Shown: positions 37,576 to 47,346 of the stretch, one piece after another
How positions within the stretch are numbered: position 1 is the stretch's first letter
Layout: each line of letters opens with the position of its first letter
Assembly (NCBI GenBank): GCA_963823035.1
Contig: CAWGKG010000014.1
Coordinates: forward strand, 352,001-416,000
Origin: an uncultured Gemmatimonadales bacterium
Lineage (GTDB): Bacteria > Gemmatimonadota > Gemmatimonadetes > Longimicrobiales > Gaopeijiaceae
Length of the DNA: 64,000 bases
Direction of reading: 5' to 3'
Program-made: the position numbers and the translations under genes
The notes under the pieces: generated by a model
What the model was told of the DNA's origin: nothing
Database searches by the model: none
Seen by the model: only the letters and a program-made list of their open reading frames with translations

Positions 37576-38108
37576 CTATCGTCCAGCCGGTCGGTCCCCG
37601 GTGGGTCGTCGCGGCGCCGGCGGTGGAATCTGGTGGTGGTGGTTCTCCGACTTCCCTTCGATCCAACCCAGGGGAATGAGGGCGATGAGCACGAGAACCG
37701 TCGCCCCCGCCGCCTCGATGGCGTAGCCGAACCCGACGGCCATCCCGATGGCGGCCACCACCCACATCGTCGCGGCGGTGGTCAGCCCGGTCACGCTTCC
37801 ACGGGCCTGGATGATCGTGCCGGCCCCGAGGAAGCCGATGCCCGACACGATCTGCGCGGCAATGCGTCCCGGGGTCGGCCGGCGGCCCCGCCCTGGCGGC
37901 GACGCGGGTCGGAGAGGTCCGCCAGGAGCGCCGCGCCGATGCAGATCAGGATGTTCGTGCGCAGGCCAGCGGGCTTGTGCGCCCGCTCGCGCTCCCATCC
38001 GATGGCTCCGCCCAGAAGCGCCGCGAGCAGCAGCTCGCCCAGGAGGTCGAGGCGCAACTCGGGGTGGCGGGTCGGAAGCGAGAAGAGCCAGTGCAGGAAG
38101 CCAGGCAT
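37576..38108 (-). CDS. MgtC/SapB family membrane protein (frameshift near 37900; ends approximate)
   Basis: GGAIGWERERAHKPAGLRT; RIAAQIVSGIGFLGAGTI; GLTTAATMWVVAAIG; no C-terminal ACT-like domain seen. Confidence 0.88.
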
Positions 38109-38116
38109 GCTCAAAG

Positions 38117-39130
38117 CTACTTCAGGGCGTCCCTCCACCGCAGCCCCATTCTTCCCCGTACCTCGTCCAGCGTGGCCGAGGCGATGGCGCGGGCCTTGTC
38201 GGCACCCTCGTCGAGGATCCACCGCACCCGGCCCGGGTCGGCACGGAACTCGGCGGCCCGCTCGCGGAAAGGCGCGAACGTCTGCGCGATGTTCTCGGAG
38301 AGCATCCGCTTGCAGTCCACGCAGCCGCGCGTCGCCGCGCGACACTGGGTGGCCACGTCCGCGACGGTGGCGGCATCACCGAAGTGCTGGTGCAGCGCGT
38401 AGACGTTGCACACCTCCGGCCGGCCGGGGTCGGTCCGCCGTACCCGCTGCGGGTCCGTGACGGCGGTGCGCACGCGCGCCCACACCTCGTCCGGCTCGGC
38501 GAGGATGCCGACCGTGTTGCCGAGGGACTTGCTCATCTTGGCTTCGCCGTCGAGCCCGAGGATCTTCCCCGCCTCGCCGATCATGGCCTCCGGCTCCGGG
38601 AAGGTGTCCCCGTACGCCGCGTTGAACCTGCGCGCCACCTCGCGCGTCAGCTCGAGGTGCTGCCGCTGGTCCTCTCCGACCGGCACCGCGTCGGCCTTGT
38701 ACACGAGGATGTCGGCGGCCTGCAGGATGGGGTAGTTGAGGATCCCCGCGGGTACCGACTCGAAGCGCTGGCTCTTGTCCTTGTACTGCGTCATGCGCTC
38801 GAGCTCGCCCACGGGCGTTACGGCGTTCAGCAGCCACGCCAGCTCCGTGTGCTCGTGCACGTCGGACTGCACGAAGATGGTGGCACGCGCGGGGTCGAGC
38901 CCCACGGCCAGGTAGCTGACGGCGAGGTCGAAGACGTTGCGCGGCATCTCCTTCGGGTCGCCGCCGGCCGTGATCGCGTGGTCGTCCACGATGCACCAGA
39001 TGCACTCGTACTCCTCCTGCAGCTCCACCCAGCGCTTGAGCGCGCCGAGGTAGTTGCCGAGGTGGGCTTCGCCCGAGGGCTGCATCCCGCTGAAGATGCG
39101 CTTCTTCCTGGTGTCGCTCGCGTCGCTCAT
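38117..39130 (-). CDS. trpS: Tryptophan--tRNA ligase
   Basis: FSGMQPSGEAHLGNYLGA; YPILQAADIL; VPVGEDQRQHLE; KMSKS. Confidence 0.98.
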   Translation of the reverse strand: MSDASDTRKKRIFSGMQPSGEAHLGNYLGALKRWVELQEEYECIWCIVDDHAITAGGDPKEMPRNVFDLAVSYLAVGLDPARATIFVQSDVHEHTELAWLLNAVTPVGELERMTQYKDKSQRFESVPAGILNYPILQAADILVYKADAVPVGEDQRQHLELTREVARRFNAAYGDTFPEPEAMIGEAGKILGLDGEAKMSKSLGNTVGILAEPDEVWARVRTAVTDPQRVRRTDPGRPEVCNVYALHQHFGDAATVADVATQCRAATRGCVDCKRMLSENIAQTFAPFRERAAEFRADPGRVRWILDEGADKARAIASATLDEVRGRMGLRWRDALK

Positions 39131-39257
39131 GATCCTCGTCCGCGGTGTCGTCGCCCGTGCCTTCCGAAGGCCGAAGGCGCTAAACTAACCCATCTCCCGC
39201 TCGCACGAGAAAGCCTGCCCGCGACACCTTCACCGCATACGTCGAGGTCGCAGGCCC

Positions 39258-39501
39258 ATGCGCGCCCGTGTTCCCGCCTTCGTGGCCCTCCTCCTCGTCC
39301 CCACCCTCCTGACCGCCCAGTCCGCGGCGCGGCCCGGCCGTGGTGCTCGGCATCGACCGGCGGCTCACCCGCGCGTCGACGGTCACGGTGGACGCGCGCT
39401 GGAACACGCTGTCGGTGGACATCGAGGACTTCGGACCCACGGCTCCGGCCGTGAAGATCGATCCGCTGACGCTGGGCATCGGCGTGGGCCTCCACTTCTG
39501 A
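39258..39501 (+). pseudogene. Internally deleted OmpW-like beta-barrel remnant
   Basis: Signal peptide MRARVPAFVALLLVPTLLTAQ joined out of frame to only the last strands (..TVDARWNTL..VKIDPLTLGIGVGLHF-stop). Confidence 0.6.
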
Positions 39502-39580
39502 CGCGGAGGACTCGGGCACCCGGGGAGACGAGCGGCACGCTACCTTTCGGGCTCCTTCCGCACGGGACCCGAGGCCCCCC

Positions 39581-40384
39581 ATGCACGAACTCGCTCTCAC
39601 CGCCCTGGCCGCCGCCGACGCGGCGGCCGCCATCCACCGCCGGGACCAGGGACGCGTGGTCGTCGAAGGCGCGACCGAGAAGGGCCGGGCGGACTGGGTC
39701 TCGAAAACCGACCTGGACGCGCAGGCCGAGGCGCTCTCGGTGATCAGGGCCCGACATCCCGACCACCTCGTGCTCGCGGAGGAGGACGACCGGTCCGTGG
39801 CCGAGCGCTTGGCCGCGTGGGACGGCTCACCGATGTGGGTGGTGGACCCCCTCGACGGCACGGCCAACTTCCTGCACGGACACCCACAGCACGCCGCCTC
39901 GATCGCGGTCGCGGTGGACGGCCGACCCGTAGCGGGCGCGGTCGCGTGCGCGTCCACCGGCGAGCGGTGGTGGGCGGCCCGGGGGGAGGGCGCCTTCCGC
40001 GGTGGCCTCCCCATCCGGGTCTCGCCGTCCCGTGCGCTGCGTGACGCGCTGGTCGGGACGGGCTTTCCATTCAAGTTGCTCGATCGGCTCCCCGAATACC
40101 TCGGGCAGATGGACCGCGTGCTGCGGCGGAGCGCCGGCATCCGCCGCGCCGGCGCCGCCGCGCTCGACCTCTGCTACCTGGCGCAGGGCTCGCTCGACGC
40201 CTTCTGGGAGCTGTTTCTGCATCCGTGGGACTTCGCCGCGGGCTGGCTGATCGTCGAGGAGGCCGGGGGCGTGCTCACCAAGGAGGACGGCTCGCCGCTC
40301 GAGCTCGTGGATTGCGGCGTGATGGGCGCGAACGGGCCCGAGCTCGCCGAGGCGCTGGCGGAGCAGCTCGGAGTGGCCTCGTAG
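39581..40384 (+). CDS. suhB: Inositol monophosphatase family protein
   Basis: LAEE; WVVDPLDGTANFLHG; RRAGAAALDLCY; LHPWDFAAG. Confidence 0.92.
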   Translation: MHELALTALAAADAAAAIHRRDQGRVVVEGATEKGRADWVSKTDLDAQAEALSVIRARHPDHLVLAEEDDRSVAERLAAWDGSPMWVVDPLDGTANFLHGHPQHAASIAVAVDGRPVAGAVACASTGERWWAARGEGAFRGGLPIRVSPSRALRDALVGTGFPFKLLDRLPEYLGQMDRVLRRSAGIRRAGAAALDLCYLAQGSLDAFWELFLHPWDFAAGWLIVEEAGGVLTKEDGSPLELVDCGVMGANGPELAEALAEQLGVAS

Positions 40385-40417
40385 AGGGGCCGGGGCCCCC
40401 AGCGGACCCGACGCCAT

Positions 40418-42574
40418 CTAGATCGCGATCCGCCACACCAGCTTGCTCACCACCGTCGTGCGTCTGGGCACCCAGAAGCGCTCGCCCGCGTCCGCGCTCT
40501 CGTTGATCACGAGGAAGAGGTCCGAGCCGGGCTCGGGAATCCAGTTCAGGCGGAAGTTGACGATGATCTCGTCGTCCTCGTTGTTCCACTGTCCGGCGAG
40601 GGAGCCGAACAGCTTGGGGCTCAGCGCCAGATCCAGGCGGCCGTTCGCTTCATCCACGCGGAACCGGCGGTCCTCGAACGTGATGCGGTTGTGGACGTAC
40701 TCGCCGCTCACGCCCACGTGCTTGCCGGCCTTCCACCGCGCCCCGAGCGTGGCCTCGAGACGGCGGCCGAGGTAGAAGCCGCCCTCGTTGATCTCGAAGT
40801 TCCCCGAGAGCGAGCGGCTCCGGTAGGAGCTCAATTGGAGCTCCAGACGCGACGTCCAGTACGTGCCGACCGGGATCTCCGCCCCCTCGAAGAGCTCGAA
40901 GGGTACGTCGGGATGGTCGGCCCGGCGCTGGATGTTGAGCTCGAGCCCGTCTCCGCTCTTCAGGGTGAAGGCGAAGGGCACGAACTCCACTTGCAGCGAC
41001 TGGAGCGCCCCGGTCCGGTCGTCGCGGTAGTACGACACCTCATAGGGCTTGATCTCCATCTGCTGCACGAACGGGAGAAACGCGGGCCGCGGGTTGAACG
41101 ACAGCTCGGACGCGAAGCGCTGGTAGTTCGTACGCCGGGCGAATCCCACGCGCGGATCGAACGCCGTGTCCGCTCGGGCCCAGGACGCCGAGAAGTTCAC
41201 CAGGTCGTTGGGGTAGTCGAGGTACACCCGGTGCGCCAGGCCGAACCGCTGCCGGGCATCGGAGGTGTAGGTCTGCGCCACGGCCACGCCCGCCGCGAAC
41301 TCCCGCTCGCCGAAGAGCGACGACGTGGCGTAGTCGAAGTCCATGCCGTACGTGGCGACGCGGCGGCCGGGCTCGGTCCTCCCGACCGCGATGACGCCGA
41401 CGGACGACTGACCCAACAGGTCCTGCTTCCAGCGCACGACGCCGAAGCTGGCCGGGGGCTCGGCGTCCGTCCCCTCCGTGCGCAGGGCCATCGCACCCAA
41501 CGTCGTCCCGCCGCTCTTCCCCAGCACGCGGGCCCCACCGAGGATCGGGATCTCCGTTCGGTCCTCGGAGAGACCGATGCGCCGGCTGTAGAACGGCTGC
41601 ACGTCTCCCCCGAGGTCGAAGGCGAAGAACTCGCTCCCCTCGAGGAAGAACGTCCGCTTCTCGGGATAGAACAGCGAGAAGCGGCTGAGGTTGACCTGCT
41701 GCTGGTCGGACTCGACCTGGGCGAAGTCCGGGCGCACGGTGACCTGCACCTTCCAGCTCGGCACGGGCAGGAAGCTCAGGTCGAGACCGACGCCATGGAC
41801 GGCGGAGCGCCCCTCCCCGCCCTGCCATTCCAGGCCCCCGATGCCGTACGGACGCGCTTCGGCGAGGCGTGTGCCGGCGATGCCCCGGATCCCGGCCAGC
41901 GCCCCGGCCCGGCTGAGGTTCTCGAGCCGGGAGTCGCGCGACCACCCCTGCCATAGCACCTGCTGACGAAGGCGGGGGATGTTGCGTTGGAAGTTGATCC
42001 CCCACGGCCGCTCGGCGTCCGTCGGGAATCTCAGCGTGGAGAACGGGATGCGCATCTCGGCGAACCACCCCTGGTCGGTCCGGCGCGTGCGCACGTCCCA
42101 GACGCCGTCCCAATCCTCGTTCCGCTCTCCCCCGGCCAGGAGCGCATCGGCACGAGCAGCGTTGGGGTTCGTGACGAACAGGTAGCCGTTTCGGTCGTCG
42201 TCGAAGGGGTCGAGCACCACCTCGAAGGCGTCTTCGGCGCTCCACTGGAAGTCCCGCGACATCTCGTTGGCACGGATCCCCGCGGGGTCCGAGTCGAACG
42301 CCCAGAAGCCGATGTACAGGGCGTCCTCGTCGAACAGGACCGCCACCTCGGTGCGCTCGCCCGCCGGTGCGCCGAAGTCCAGCTCGCGTTGCGTGAAGTT
42401 CGCGATGCGCCCTGCACGCTGCCACGCGGCCTCGTCCAGGGCGCCGTCCAGCCGGATCGTCTCGGAGATCCCGAGAGCCGCGATGGTGGAGGGCTCGCTC
42501 TGCTGCGCGCGGACGGCAGCAGGCGAGCCGAGGAGTAGCAGGACGCCGAGGCGTGCCCGGATTCGCGACCTCAC
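40418..42574 (-). CDS. CBM9-like + DUF5916 outer membrane protein
   Basis: Signal peptide; IRLDGALDEAAW; EMRIPFSTLRF; PDFAQVESD; FYPEKRTFFLEG; FYSRRIG; GTG overlaps the PepSY stop. Confidence 0.9.
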   Translation of the reverse strand: MRSRIRARLGVLLLLGSPAAVRAQQSEPSTIAALGISETIRLDGALDEAAWQRAGRIANFTQRELDFGAPAGERTEVAVLFDEDALYIGFWAFDSDPAGIRANEMSRDFQWSAEDAFEVVLDPFDDDRNGYLFVTNPNAARADALLAGGERNEDWDGVWDVRTRRTDQGWFAEMRIPFSTLRFPTDAERPWGINFQRNIPRLRQQVLWQGWSRDSRLENLSRAGALAGIRGIAGTRLAEARPYGIGGLEWQGGEGRSAVHGVGLDLSFLPVPSWKVQVTVRPDFAQVESDQQQVNLSRFSLFYPEKRTFFLEGSEFFAFDLGGDVQPFYSRRIGLSEDRTEIPILGGARVLGKSGGTTLGAMALRTEGTDAEPPASFGVVRWKQDLLGQSSVGVIAVGRTEPGRRVATYGMDFDYATSSLFGEREFAAGVAVAQTYTSDARQRFGLAHRVYLDYPNDLVNFSASWARADTAFDPRVGFARRTNYQRFASELSFNPRPAFLPFVQQMEIKPYEVSYYRDDRTGALQSLQVEFVPFAFTLKSGDGLELNIQRRADHPDVPFELFEGAEIPVGTYWTSRLELQLSSYRSRSLSGNFEINEGGFYLGRRLEATLGARWKAGKHVGVSGEYVHNRITFEDRRFRVDEANGRLDLALSPKLFGSLAGQWNNEDDEIIVNFRLNWIPEPGSDLFLVINESADAGERFWVPRRTTVVSKLVWRIAI

Positions 42575-43185
42575 ATACCGCCTTCCTCGCCCTCCTCTTC
42601 GTGCTCCACGCTCACCACCTTGCCGGTGACGGCGTCCACGTGGACCTCCTGGACACCCTCCTGCCCCTCGACCGCGATATCGTAGGAGTAGATGAGGAGT
42701 CCGTCCTCCTCCTCGAGCTCCGCCCCGATGACGCGACCGCCGGGCACCCTGGCGAGCGCCGCCGTTCGGGCGGCCTGGTCGGTGATCTTCGCGCGGTCCT
42801 TCAGGCCGGGCGTCTCCTCCACCAGCGCGGCGGCGGCACCCTCCTCTCGGCGCCTCGTCGGCCTCCTGTGCCTCGGTCTCGTGCTCCTGCGCCGACGACC
42901 TTCCCGTCGAGGGCGTCGACCTGGACCTCCTGGACCCCCTCGTTCCCCGCGACCTCGATGTCGAAGGAATAGATCAGCTTGCCCCCCTCCTCCTCCAGCT
43001 CGCCGGATCGGACCTTGCCGCCGGGCACGCGAGCGAGCGCGGTGGCGCGTGCCGCCTCGCCGCTCACCTTCACGCGGGCCGCCAACTCGGGGGTCATCTG
43101 GATCTCACCGTTCTCCCCTCCTTCTCCGCACGCGGTCATTGCGACGACGGAAAGGGCCACGGCCATGATGGTCAAGGTACTTCAT
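42571..43185 (-). CDS. Lipoprotein with two tandem PepSY domains (frameshifted)
   Basis: MKY..VVAMTAC lipobox; two copies of ARxxALARVPGGxVxxxELEEExGxLIYS(F/Y)DIxVxGxEGVQEVxVDAxxGKVV. Confidence 0.85.
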
Positions 43186-43276
43186 GTTGCCTCCGTGGGG
43201 TCGGGTCACACGATGTCGTCGGACGTAGAATCGTCGTCGAACGCGGACTCCATGCACAGGAAGTGTCCACCGGGGA

Positions 43277-43377
43277 CCTGTCAGTACGATTACACGACGG
43301 GCAGCCTCCGGCGTCGTCCGGGACCGGAGGGCTCGACGCGCCGACGTAAGGCGCTTGAAAGGGAGCGGCTCTACTTT
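43277..43377. promoter_or_regulatory. Divergent promoters with shared (G/T)TAA-N6-TGA(A/C)AGG motif (putative OmpR-type binding sites)
   Basis: Minus strand TGTAATCGTACTGACAGG (43277-43294); plus strand CGTAAGGCGCTTGAAAGG (43345-43362) followed by TACTTT. Confidence 0.5.
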
Positions 43378-43429
43378 CCTTTCCCGGTACCCGGCTTCAT
43401 CCTCGGCGCAGCACCCGGCAGGAGGACGC

Positions 43430-44098
43430 ATGAAGGTCCTGATCGTCGAAGACGATGACCAGCTGCTCGAAGCCGTACGCGAGGGCCTGGAGGAGGAGGG
43501 CATGCGCGTGGACGCCGCGACGTCGTACCGGGAAGGCATCCTACGCGCTGGCACGGGGGCGCAGGACGTGATCGTCCTCGACGTCATGCTTCCGGGCGGC
43601 ACCGGCGTAGAGCTGTGCCGTCGGCTTCGGAAAGAGGGCAACGAGACTCCGATCCTGTTCCTCACGGCGCTCGGCGCCGAGGACGATCGCATCGAGGGCT
43701 TCCGCTCCGGGGGCGACGACTACCTGACGAAGCCGTTCTCCTTCCGGGAGCTCGTCGCGCGCATCCGCGCGCTGGCCCGTCGGCCCCCCGAGCTGCTCCA
43801 CGCGGTACACCGCGTCGCCGACCTGGAAGTGGACCTGGATGCGCACGCCGCCTCACGAGGAGGGCGCAACCTCTCCCTTACCGCGCAGGAGTGGGCGCTG
43901 CTGGAGTTCTTCGTCCGGCACCAGGACGCGGTGGTCTCCCGAGCCGACATCACGGCCTACGTGTGGGACGACAACCACGACCCGTTCACGAACCTCCTCG
44001 AGGTCCTGGTCTGGCGCCTCCGCAAGAAGGTGGACGGCGACTTCGAGCCGAAGCTCATCCACACCATTCGGGGCGCGGGCTACCGCTTCGGCGCGTGA
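43430..44098 (+). CDS. OmpR-family response regulator (CusR/CzcR-like)
   Basis: MKVLIVEDD; LDVMLPG; DDYLTKPF; LRKKVD..LIHTIRGAGY. Confidence 0.95.
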   Translation: MKVLIVEDDDQLLEAVREGLEEEGMRVDAATSYREGILRAGTGAQDVIVLDVMLPGGTGVELCRRLRKEGNETPILFLTALGAEDDRIEGFRSGGDDYLTKPFSFRELVARIRALARRPPELLHAVHRVADLEVDLDAHAASRGGRNLSLTAQEWALLEFFVRHQDAVVSRADITAYVWDDNHDPFTNLLEVLVWRLRKKVDGDFEPKLIHTIRGAGYRFGA

Positions 44099-45399
44099 CC
44101 GACGCGTTCCGGTCGATCCGCCTTCGTCTCACCGCGTGGTACGTGGGGATCTTCGCCCTGATCATCCTGCTCTTCGGCACCGCGATCTACGTCGCGGTCA
44201 CGCGCCAGATCGAGCGTGTCCTCGACGCTCAGCTGGTGGCCGCCACGCACGAGATCGAGCGCGCCATGGAGATCCGCGACCAGGAGCGGGGATTGACGGG
44301 TCATCCCGTGGATGCACTCGAGGAGCTTCGCATTCCCGGGAGGGAGCTCTTCGTCTTCGACGAGGACGGTCACTCCCTGGAGACGGGCACTCCTCCCCCC
44401 TACCTCGCCCCGCTCGCGCGCTCCGCCCTTTTCCAGGGCGAGGTCTGGGGGCGGCCCGAGACCCCCCGGGACGTGAGCCTGCGCGTCTACGGGCGGCGCA
44501 TCGTGGCCGGGGGCCAGACGTACGCGGCCCTGGCCGTGGCCAACGCCGTGGAGGTCGAGGAGCAGTATCCCGCGCTGCTCGCCTCCTTCCTCGTCGCGGC
44601 CCTCGGGGCGCTCGTCCTCGTGGCGCTGGGGGGCGCGGCGCTGGCGCGGAAGTCGCTGGTGCCCGTGGAGCGCTCCATGGAACGCATGCGTCGCTTCGTG
44701 GCCGACGCATCCCACGAGCTGCGCACGCCGGCGGCCGTGCTGCGCACGCGGGCCGAGGTGGCGCTGCAGCGCGCGCGCAGCGTCGAGGAATACGCAGAAA
44801 TCGTCGACAAGATGAAGACGGAGGCGGAACACCTGGGCCGCCTGGTCGACGGGCTCCTCCTGCTGGCGGCGGCCGACGAGGATCGCCTCCCTGTGCGGAG
44901 GCAGCCGGTGTTCCTCGACGACCTGCTCGTCCAGGCCTCCGAGGTGGCGCGTCCGCTCGCCGCCGCCAAGGGGATCACGCTCGAGCTCGACGACTTCGAG
45001 GAGGCCCCCGTGGACGCCGACCCCGACCTCACGCGCCAGCTCTTCCTGATCCTCCTGGAGAACGCGGTGAAGTACACACCCTCGCCCGGCACCATCCGGG
45101 CCAGCGTGACCGCCGACGGCACCCGATGCCGCGTCACGGTGCGGGACACGGGGCCGGGGATCGACGCGGAGACGCTCCCGCACGTTTTCGAGCGGTTCTA
45201 CCGGGCCGACCCGGCCAGGAAGCGCGAGGGTGGGAGCGGCCTCGGGCTCGCGATCGCCCGTACGATCGTCGACGCGCACGACGCCCAGATAGAGATGGAG
45301 TCGACGGTGGGCGAGGGAACGACCGTGCGGGTGACCTTCGCGCGCCGCAGCGGGACTCCGGCCGCCGCGCCGCGTACTCGCGCCAGACCAGCGCCATGA
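44095..45399 (+). CDS. Sensor histidine kinase
   Basis: SIRLRLTAWY TM; FVADASHELRTP; ENAVKYT; DTGPGI; FERFYR; GSGLGL. Confidence 0.95.
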   Translation: MTDAFRSIRLRLTAWYVGIFALIILLFGTAIYVAVTRQIERVLDAQLVAATHEIERAMEIRDQERGLTGHPVDALEELRIPGRELFVFDEDGHSLETGTPPPYLAPLARSALFQGEVWGRPETPRDVSLRVYGRRIVAGGQTYAALAVANAVEVEEQYPALLASFLVAALGALVLVALGGAALARKSLVPVERSMERMRRFVADASHELRTPAAVLRTRAEVALQRARSVEEYAEIVDKMKTEAEHLGRLVDGLLLLAAADEDRLPVRRQPVFLDDLLVQASEVARPLAAAKGITLELDDFEEAPVDADPDLTRQLFLILLENAVKYTPSPGTIRASVTADGTRCRVTVRDTGPGIDAETLPHVFERFYRADPARKREGGSGLGLAIARTIVDAHDAQIEMESTVGEGTTVRVTFARRSGTPAAAPRTRARPAP

Positions 45400-45454
45400 C
45401 GACCCGATCGAGGGAGCACGACCTTCACGACGCCGTGCCGAACTCGCGTCCCCG

Positions 45455-46258
45455 TCACGGAAGGGCGATCCGGTAGCTCACGGCCGCGACGCCAGCCGGC
45501 AGCACCATCACGGACAGCGCGGGTGGACCCGCGCCCGTTCCGCTCGCGCGATGCCCATGGCGCACCACCGCCCGGCTGACGAGCGTACCCAGGGCCGCGC
45601 CCGCCACCACGTCGCTGGTCCAGTGCACGTCGTCGTACACGCGCGCGAAGGCCACCGCGGCAGCCATGCCGTAGAGGGCAACGCCCACCAGGCGCGTGTG
45701 CCCCGGCCAGTGGATCCCGGCTTCCTCGGTGGCCGCGGCGGCCACGGCGAAGGCGACGGTTGTGTGCCCCGACGGAAACGACTGTCGGCTCGACCCCGTG
45801 GGCAGGAGGGGGCCGTGGAAGAACGTGCCCGGGTCATCGGGCGAGGCGTAGGGGCGGGCGCGGTGGACGGCCACCTTCAGCGCGAGCCCGAGCACGGCGG
45901 CCGCCATGGTCCCCTCGCCCGTGTGCCACACGGCGTCGGCGAGCCCGGGCCGGTGGAGAAGCTCCGCCACGCCGAACAGGCCGCCACCGACCACGAGCGG
46001 CGCCCACGCTCCCCACGGCGTCGCCAGCTCGGTGCCCCGGCGCAGCACCGTGCTCTCCTGCCTTTGTGCGCCCTGGATCCACGACCGGACGCGCTCGTCC
46101 AGCGGGAGGGAAGCGGCCACGGCCGCTGCCGATATCGCGACCGCCGTCCAGCTCGTCCCGCCGGATTGCTCTTCCGAGGCGGGTGGGGTCTGGGCACCGA
46201 CTCCGCCGGGAGCGAGCACCCAGACCAGAACCGCGGTCCACGACGCGAGCCCCCTCAC
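45455..46258 (-). CDS. PAP2 family phosphatase
   Basis: KxxxxRARP; SFPSGH; ARVYDDVHWTSDV. Confidence 0.92.
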   Translation of the reverse strand: MRGLASWTAVLVWVLAPGGVGAQTPPASEEQSGGTSWTAVAISAAAVAASLPLDERVRSWIQGAQRQESTVLRRGTELATPWGAWAPLVVGGGLFGVAELLHRPGLADAVWHTGEGTMAAAVLGLALKVAVHRARPYASPDDPGTFFHGPLLPTGSSRQSFPSGHTTVAFAVAAAATEEAGIHWPGHTRLVGVALYGMAAAVAFARVYDDVHWTSDVVAGAALGTLVSRAVVRHGHRASGTGAGPPALSVMVLPAGVAAVSYRIALP

Positions 46259-46286
46259 CGAGACCGCGCCCGACGACGACCTGCCG

Positions 46287-47346
46287 CTATGCGCCGCTCC
46301 CGTACACCAGCACCCGGAACGAGCCCGGGACCATCGGGGGGCGCTGCGGCCGCCCCATGGAGTCGGCCGGAGGCGTCTCCCCGAAGTCGGCCGCGGACAG
46401 GTAGATCCGGTGCGTGGTCGGGTCCAGCGTCATGGTGCGCGCCGACCGTGCCGTCGTCGAGCGTCTGGACCACCGTGAGCTGCGAGGGTGCGTCCTCGTG
46501 CGCGATCGTGACCGTGCCGTCTCCGCCGTTGGAGCTGAAGGCGAGCTGCGTGGCCGGATCGAAGCGGGCCGCGTCCGGGCCCTCGCCGATGGTCACCGTG
46601 TCCACCACCTCGCCCGTCTGGCTGTTCACCATGACCATCATGCCGTTGTCGCACACGGCGAAGAGCCGATGGTGCTCCAGGTCGATCGCCAGTCCCGATG
46701 CGGCCTCGCCGGGCGCGATCGGCCAGTTGGCCACCACCTGGTGCGTCGTCGGATCGATGACCGCGATCTCGTTCTGGTCCTCGATGTTGTTGTAGATCCG
46801 ATTGGCGCCCGGATCCCAGACCGCGAACTCGGGCTTGCCCGTCAGCGGGATCGTCGCCACCACCTGGCCGGTCGCCGCGGCGATCACCGTGGCCGAGTGA
46901 CCACGCCCGTTGAAGGCGTAGACCTCCTGCAGCTCGGGCACGTAGAGGATGCCGTCCGGGTTGTCGCCCGTCTCCACCCGTGAGAGCACGGTGAGCGTCG
47001 CCAGGTCCACCACCGCGACCTCGTTCGTGCGTCCGTCGCTCGCGAAGCCGCGACCGAGGTCCTGGGCCACCGCGAAACCGTGAACGCCGGGGAGGTCGGG
47101 TATCTCGCCGACCACCGAGTTCGTGTCCATGTCGATGACGACCACGCGCGTACCGTTCGTCACGTACAGGCGCCGCGCGACCGGGTCCTCCGACAGGTAG
47201 TCCCAGAAGCCCGCGTCACCTCCGACGGCGATCTCCGCGACCGGGTGGTAGGTCGGGACCGCCTGCGTGGTGCGGTCCGCGGGGGATCCACACGCGCCTG
47301 CGGCCAGCAGGGCGAAAAGGGCCGGGCACATCCGTGCGCGATTCAT
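46287..47346 (-). CDS. YncE/YVTN beta-propeller lipoprotein (frameshift near 46460)
   Basis: Lipobox LAAGAC; WDYLSEDPVARRLYV; GVHG; GDNPDG; GKPEFAV; GEGPDA; corrected end ARTMTLDPTTHRIYL..PGSFRVLVYGSGA-stop. Confidence 0.88.
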
